From: Pluralibacter sp.
GTDB taxonomy: Bacteria > Pseudomonadota > Gammaproteobacteria > Enterobacterales > Enterobacteriaceae
DNA length: 64,000 bases
Reading direction: 5' to 3'
Assembly: GCF_019237635.1 (NCBI RefSeq)
Contig: NZ_JAFAGS010000020.1
Location: forward strand, 2,197 to 66,196
The position numbers and the translations under genes were made by a program. Positions within the stretch are counted from its first letter, which is position 1. Each line of letters begins with the position of its first letter. A model generated the notes under the pieces. That model was given only the letters and a program-made list of their open reading frames with translations, did not search any database and was not told the origin of the DNA. Shown piece after piece: positions 59,487 through 64,000 of the stretch.

Positions 59487-61079
59487 TTACGCCTGAACGG
59501 TGTTCATCAGCGAGGCCATTTCATCTTTGACCGACTGAACCTGTGGACCAATGACCACCTGCAGGTTGTGCTGATTAAGTTGCACCACCCCGATGGCGCG
59601 GTTGGCTTTCAGCGCGTTCACATCGACCTTGCTCATGTCGTTGACCGACAAGCGCAGGCGGGTGATGCAGTTGTCGAGTGTCGTGATATTGTCAGCCCCG
59701 CCCAGCGCGGCAAGAATGGCCGGTACGTTGTAACCGGATTTCCCGGTGACGCCCGCAACCGCTTTTTCAGCGCTGGAGGCGGTTTCAATATCGCGCCCCG
59801 GCGTTTTGATGTTAAAGCGGGTGATGGCGAAGCGGAAGATGGCGTAGTAGGCCGCAAACCAGACTGCCGCCACGACCGGCACCAGGTACCACTTGGTGGA
59901 CAGACCGTGCAGGATCCCGAACACCACGAAGTCGATCACGTTGCCGTCGGTATTGCCGATGGTGACGCCAAGTACCGCCATGATAGTAAAGCCAAGGCCG
60001 GTCAGCAGGGCGTGAATGAGGTACAGCACCGGGGCGACGAACAGAAACAGGAACTCCAGCGGTTCGGTTGTGCCGCCGATGACGCAGGCGATGACGCCGG
60101 AAATCAGCAGGCCTTTAATCTTATGACGGTTTTCCGGACGGGCGCAGTGGTACATCGCCAGCGCCGCACCCGGCAGGCCGCCAAGGAAGGCTGGCATTTT
60201 ACCCTGTGACAGGAAGCGGGTCGCGCTTTCCGAGAAGCCGTGCGTTTGTGGACAACTGAGCTGCGCCTGGAAGATGGTCAGCGCGCCGCTGACGCTGTGA
60301 CCGCAGACATCCATAGTACCGCCCGCTTCGGTAAAGCGAATCAGGGCAACCAGGATGTGGTGCAGGCCGAATGGCAACAGTAAACGTTCGCCGGTGCCGA
60401 AAATCATCGGACCGAAGTCTCCCGCGCTGTTAATCACCTGACCCAGCGCGTTGATGCCTTTGGCGAAGAACGGCCATACCAGCGGGATAGCCAGACCGAC
60501 AAGCCCCATCACCACGGTGGTGATGATCGGCACAAAACGGGTGCCGCCGAAGAAGGCCAGCGCATCCGGCAGGCGGATCGTGTGAAAGCGTTCATGCAGC
60601 ATCCACACCACGATACCGGCGATAACGGCGCCGAGGATGCCGGTGTCTATTGACTGAATACCCAGGATATTCTGGATGTTGTTGGCTTTCAGAATTGCGG
60701 CATCGGTGGTCGGCAGGATCCCTTTCGCCGTCAGCCAGAAGTTGACCGCGAGGTTCATTACCGCATAGCCGACAAAACCGGCGAAGGCGGCGACGCCTTT
60801 GTTTTCACGCGCCAGCCCCAGCGGAATGGCGATACAGAACATGACCGGCAGGAAGCTAAAGGCGAAGGAGCCGACTTTACTCATCCAGATAAAAATGGCC
60901 TGCAGTAGCGGCGTATCAAGCCACGGCAACAGGGTGGTGACATCATGGCTGCTCAACGAGCTGCCGATTCCTAACATGATCCCGCAGAAGGAGAGCAGTG
61001 CCACAGGCAGCATGAACGTTTTGCCCAGCTGCTGGAAAAACTCCCACAGTGTAATTTTTGGTGCTGCTTTCGTCGTCAT
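59487..61079 (-). CDS. malX: PTS EIICB component MalX (530 aa)
   Basis: ATG at 61079 gives MT.K.APK.TLWEFFQQLGKTFMLPVALLSFCGIMLGIGSSLSSHDV, matching recalled E. coli MalX at 530 aa. Confidence 0.95.
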   Translation of the reverse strand: MTTKAAPKITLWEFFQQLGKTFMLPVALLSFCGIMLGIGSSLSSHDVTTLLPWLDTPLLQAIFIWMSKVGSFAFSFLPVMFCIAIPLGLARENKGVAAFAGFVGYAVMNLAVNFWLTAKGILPTTDAAILKANNIQNILGIQSIDTGILGAVIAGIVVWMLHERFHTIRLPDALAFFGGTRFVPIITTVVMGLVGLAIPLVWPFFAKGINALGQVINSAGDFGPMIFGTGERLLLPFGLHHILVALIRFTEAGGTMDVCGHSVSGALTIFQAQLSCPQTHGFSESATRFLSQGKMPAFLGGLPGAALAMYHCARPENRHKIKGLLISGVIACVIGGTTEPLEFLFLFVAPVLYLIHALLTGLGFTIMAVLGVTIGNTDGNVIDFVVFGILHGLSTKWYLVPVVAAVWFAAYYAIFRFAITRFNIKTPGRDIETASSAEKAVAGVTGKSGYNVPAILAALGGADNITTLDNCITRLRLSVNDMSKVDVNALKANRAIGVVQLNQHNLQVVIGPQVQSVKDEMASLMNTVQA

Positions 61080-61132
61080 AAAACGACTCCTTGTACTGAA
61101 TGAGATTGTTGTTTTCTGGAGCGCAGCGGAAA

Positions 61133-61148
61133 GATAAAACGTTTTATC
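61133..61148. promoter_or_regulatory. MalI operator palindrome GATAAAACGTTTTATC (malX-proximal)
   Basis: Perfect 16-bp LacI-type palindrome, 54 nt upstream of the malX ATG. It is identical to the second copy at 61212-61227. Confidence 0.7.
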
Positions 61149-61211
61149 AAATTTTAGTGCGAAGAAAATCACATAACCAAGTGATAATAACGTTTATAAA
61201 GACAACATATT

Positions 61212-61227
61212 GATAAAACGTTTTATC
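61212..61227. promoter_or_regulatory. MalI operator palindrome GATAAAACGTTTTATC (malI-proximal)
   Basis: Second perfect copy, 26 nt upstream of the malI ATG. The two copies are 79 bp apart centre to centre. Confidence 0.7.
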
Positions 61228-61252
61228 TACTGCAAAGGAGCGAGTGCGGTTA

Positions 61253-62281
61253 ATGGCTATCGCAAAAAAGGTCACCATCAATGACGTAGCCCATGCGGCC
61301 GGGGTTTCCGTGGCCACGGTGTCGCTGGTGCTCAGCGGCAAAGGGCGGATCTCCATGGCAACCGGCGAGCGGGTGAATCAGGCCATTGAAGCGCTGGGAT
61401 TTGTGCGTAACCGTCAGGCGGCCTCGCTGCGCGGCGCTCAAACCGGGGTTATTGGGCTTATCGTCGGTGATTTAAGCGCGCCGTTTTACACCGAACTGAC
61501 GGCCGGGCTGATTGAGTCCCTGGAGTCGCAGGGCAAGATGGTGTTTCTGACCCAGGGCGGGGGCAAGGGCGAGCATATGCTGCAGCGCTTCGACACGCTG
61601 GTGTCGCAGGGCGTTGACGGCGTGGTGATCGCCGGGGCGGTTGATAAGGCCTCTGAGCTACGTGATAAGGCCGAAGAGAGCCGGGTGCCTTTGGTGTTCG
61701 CCTCCCGGGCCAGCTATCTCGAGGATGTTGACCTGATCCGCCCGGACAACATGCAGGCGGCGCAAATGCTGACCGAGCATCTTATTCACCGAGGGCATCA
61801 GCGTATCGCCTGGCTCGGTGGTCAGAGCACGTCGCTCACCCGCGCGGAACGCGTCGGCGGCTACTGCGCAACCCTGTTCAAGTATAACCTGCCGTTTCAC
61901 AGCGAATGGGTGGTGGAGTGCGAATCCAGCCAGCGCCAGGCCGCTGAGTCTTTTTCTCATCTGTTGCGCCATAACCCGACGATCACCGCAGTGGTGTGCT
62001 ATAACAACGTGGTGGCGATGGGCGCCTGGCTTGGCATGTTGCGTTCGGGCTGGCAGAGCGGGGATGAAAGTCTCGCCAGCTACTATGAGCAGCGCGTCGC
62101 GCTGGCGGCGTTTGCTGAAGTGCCTGAAAATGCGCTGGAAGATGCGCCGATGAGCTGGGTTATTACGCCCGCCCGTGAGATGGGACACAGCGTGGCGGCA
62201 AGAATGCTGGAGCGCATCGACAGCGGAAAGAATGCGGTGAAGAACCAGATAATGCCGCCGCGGCTGGTCAGCACGAAATAA
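61253..62281 (+). CDS. malI: LacI-family repressor MalI (342 aa)
   Basis: ATG at 61253 with RBS aaaggag 12 nt upstream gives MAIAKKVTINDVAHAAGVSVATVSLVLSGKGRIS.ATGERVN.AIE.LGFVRNRQA, matching recalled E. coli MalI at 342 aa. Confidence 0.93.
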   Translation: MAIAKKVTINDVAHAAGVSVATVSLVLSGKGRISMATGERVNQAIEALGFVRNRQAASLRGAQTGVIGLIVGDLSAPFYTELTAGLIESLESQGKMVFLTQGGGKGEHMLQRFDTLVSQGVDGVVIAGAVDKASELRDKAEESRVPLVFASRASYLEDVDLIRPDNMQAAQMLTEHLIHRGHQRIAWLGGQSTSLTRAERVGGYCATLFKYNLPFHSEWVVECESSQRQAAESFSHLLRHNPTITAVVCYNNVVAMGAWLGMLRSGWQSGDESLASYYEQRVALAAFAEVPENALEDAPMSWVITPAREMGHSVAARMLERIDSGKNAVKNQIMPPRLVSTK

Positions 62282-62311
62282 CCCCGGCCGGAACCGGGGT
62301 GGGTAGTGCGG

Positions 62312-63826
62312 TTATGGCTGCGCTGGCGCGTCATCCTGTGGGGCCGGAATACCTAAATCCGGACCGCCGAACATGCCGACAAAATCGTCGAGCGACATCT
62401 TCTGACCGTTCAGCGTCACCTGACCATCGGCATACTGCAGGCTGCTGGAAATGGCGTTATTTTCCTGAGTGGTGATGCGGAACATCTGTCCCATCGCCGC
62501 CATCCCCTGAACCTGCTGGCTCGCCAGCTTCTCAGCATCGCTCTGCTGATAGCCTTCCAGACGCGCCACCTGGGTCATCAGTTCCGTCGCCATGTCCATT
62601 GGAATCGTCAGCTTACTGTCCAGGGATTTCACGGTGCGATCCACGCTTTGTGCCAGGGTCTTCGGCTCGCCGGTGGCGTTCGCCGGATCTCTTAACAGCA
62701 GCGACAGGTTAAAGGTGGCTTCGCCTTTGCTGTTTTTCCAGCTGAGCGGCGCCACGGTGATGACCGGCGCGCCTTTCAGCAGGACGGGCAGGGTATCGAA
62801 CAGCGCTTCAGCGACTTTCTGCTGGTACAGTTCCGGGTTTTGCATGATGTCCGGCTGGCCCATCAACGCCTGCACCTGGCTATTGTACTGCTGGCTGAAC
62901 TGGTGCCATGCCTGACCGTCAATCTGATCGACCTTCAGGGAGAGCTTACCGCTGCCCATATCCTGTCCCTGGAGCTTGAGGCTGTTGAGGGTGTAGTTCA
63001 GCTGGCTATTGACGCTCTTGCCGTCTTTTGCCAGCTCAGTTTTCCCTTCGAGCGCGGTGCCGTCCAGTAGCGCCAGCTCTTTACCTTCCACGCCGATCGC
63101 CAGCTTATCGAGGGTGATTTTCTGGTTGCCGATGCGTTCTTCGAAATGGGTAAGCTGGCTTGAACCTTCGGTTTTGAGGTTGTTAAAGGTCAGCTGTACC
63201 TTCTGGTTGTACTCATTGACGGCGTTAACCTGGCCGCTTTGCGCTTCACCGGAGATGGAGAAGACGTTGCCCTGCTGGTCGGCATCGACGTCGAACTGTC
63301 CGCCGCTGAAGGTCACTTTGTCTGTACCGTCTTCAAAGTTTAACGGCTTAAGATTGATACCTGACCGCGTATCGCCGTTGTAGCTGATACGGGTGCGTAT
63401 CTCAAACGGCGACTGGCCTTTAGCGAGGTCGAACAGCGGCTTGCTGGCTTCATTATTCACCAGCACCGTGTCTACGGTGGCCATTGCCGGGGCGAAATTA
63501 AAGGATTTCAGGGACGCCAGCGGGAAGGGGCCGTGGGAGACTTTTTCATCCAGCACCACGGTCTGTCCGGCCTTCAGCCAGCTGTTTTTGGCGCCCTCAG
63601 CCGGTTTTACCACCAGCTGCAAATGGCTGCTGAACACGCCGCGCTGGTAATCCTGATACGCAAGCGTCAGGCCTGCTTCCGGCGCGGTGCGGGTTAACTG
63701 CGCATTGGCCTGCGCAACCATATCGGCAATTCGGGTTTCCAGCTGTTTACCGGTGTACCAGGACCCTCCTGTCCACACCACTCCCAGAGCAATAATAATT
63801 CCTGCGGCGACCAGCGATTTTTTCAT
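62312..63826 (-). CDS. ydgA: DUF945 family protein YdgA (504 aa)
   Basis: MKKSLVA.G.I.ALG.VWTGG.WYTGK..E......MVAQANAQL and the C-terminal GQKMSL.DFVGMF match recalled E. coli YdgA. Confidence 0.93.
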   Translation of the reverse strand: MKKSLVAAGIIIALGVVWTGGSWYTGKQLETRIADMVAQANAQLTRTAPEAGLTLAYQDYQRGVFSSHLQLVVKPAEGAKNSWLKAGQTVVLDEKVSHGPFPLASLKSFNFAPAMATVDTVLVNNEASKPLFDLAKGQSPFEIRTRISYNGDTRSGINLKPLNFEDGTDKVTFSGGQFDVDADQQGNVFSISGEAQSGQVNAVNEYNQKVQLTFNNLKTEGSSQLTHFEERIGNQKITLDKLAIGVEGKELALLDGTALEGKTELAKDGKSVNSQLNYTLNSLKLQGQDMGSGKLSLKVDQIDGQAWHQFSQQYNSQVQALMGQPDIMQNPELYQQKVAEALFDTLPVLLKGAPVITVAPLSWKNSKGEATFNLSLLLRDPANATGEPKTLAQSVDRTVKSLDSKLTIPMDMATELMTQVARLEGYQQSDAEKLASQQVQGMAAMGQMFRITTQENNAISSSLQYADGQVTLNGQKMSLDDFVGMFGGPDLGIPAPQDDAPAQP

Positions 63827-63840
63827 AGTTTTTGTCCATA

Positions 63841-63870
63841 AAATAAAAACAGGCGGATGTGTCCGCCTGT
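63841..63870 (-). terminator. Rho-independent terminator of manA
   Basis: On the minus strand, stem ACAGGCGGA-cacat-CCGCCTGT is followed by TTTTATTTT, about 70 nt after the manA stop. Confidence 0.75.
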
Positions 63871-63939
63871 TGTGTCATTAGGCTGAGTTCAAGCTTAGCA
63901 AGACTCGCCCAAAAGTTCAGTAACTTAAGCGTTCCGTAA

Positions 63940-64000
63940 TCAAAGCTTGTTGAAGACCCGCGCCACCCGGCCAGCGCCGCTGAGGTTCACCGGGGATTCA
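63940..64000 (-). CDS. manA: Mannose-6-phosphate isomerase, 3' end only (partial at window edge)
   Basis: The minus-strand frame reads ...ESPVNLSGAGRVARVFNKL* with TGA at 63942-63940. This resembles the recalled E. coli ManA C-terminus (...RLARVYNKL) and fits the expected manA-ydgA synteny. Confidence 0.75.
   Translation of the reverse strand, partial: ESPVNLSGAGRVARVFNKL

Noticed and set aside
58588-60209. 227-aa and 290-aa plus-strand ORFs opposite malY and malX
   Set aside because: These are antisense shadows of conserved genes.
61168-61185. Inverted repeat ATCAC-N8-GTGAT between the two MalI palindromes, considered as the CRP site
   Set aside because: The half-site order and spacing do not fit TGTGA-N6-TCACA, so I could not support a CRP call by eye.
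63895-63906. TTAGCAAGACTC, a partial SlyA-like motif between manA and ydgA
   Set aside because: Only the left 8 of 12 positions match the consensus and the palindrome's second half is absent. This is compatible with chance.
1-64000. Scan for CRISPR arrays, IS elements or transposases, integrases, prophage genes, toxin-antitoxin pairs and known defence-system hallmarks
   Set aside because: I found no regularly spaced direct repeats, no DDE or tyrosine/serine recombinase-like ORFs, and no small paired ORFs typical of TA modules. The only tandem repeats are the tRNA-Val genes, the rsxC tail repeats, the Rid domain triplication and a 10-bp duplication in the cfa leader.

Overview
Enterobacteriaceae chromosomal segment, probably Enterobacter, Klebsiella or Citrobacter by GC content and protein identity; species not assignable by eye. 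From about 16.4 kb to the right edge it is collinear, in inverted orientation, with the E. coli K-12 valVW-mdtK-ribC-cfa-ydhCB-purR-sodB-grxD-rnt-gloA-nemAR-ydhLF-ydhKJI-slyA-slyB-anmK-mliC-pdxH-tyrS-pdxY-gstA-dtpA-nth-rsxEGDCBA-ydgK-cnu-blr-ydgJ-add-malYX-malI-ydgA-manA region. The left 12 kb holds the distal half of a type VI secretion cluster: PAAR, an unknown membrane protein, then tssM-tssA-tssF-tssG-tssJ-tssE and a TagA/VasL-like gene. A 4 kb accessory block follows (CynX/NimT-like exporter with a CBS-BON gene, two AraC-family regulators, a PNPOx-like flavoprotein), ending at three tandem tRNA-Val(GAC) genes. Differences from K-12, from my recollection of its gene order: lhr, sodC, ydhP and ydhQ are absent, an orphan lacA-like gene is present, and 4.7 kb is inserted between slyA and slyB (triple-RidA fusion, NCS2 permease, membrane diguanylate cyclase). 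Three small genes are missing from the ORF track: ynhF, a blr-like gene and the manA 3' end. Operators readable by eye are SlyA, PurR, NemR and MalI palindromes, a PhoP box, and the RydC pairing site in the cfa leader. I saw no CRISPR array, IS element, transposase, integrase or prophage gene. The best candidates for new biology are the triple-RidA/permease operon, the PAAR-coupled membrane protein, the exporter/CBS-BON/PNPOx block, and a perfect SlyA box upstream of the cfa promoter. All homology statements rest on recalled sequences and motifs, not on searches. The ORF track prints M for GTG/TTG starts, and many listed starts are 5'-extended; I corrected these where a homologue N-terminus and RBS allowed.
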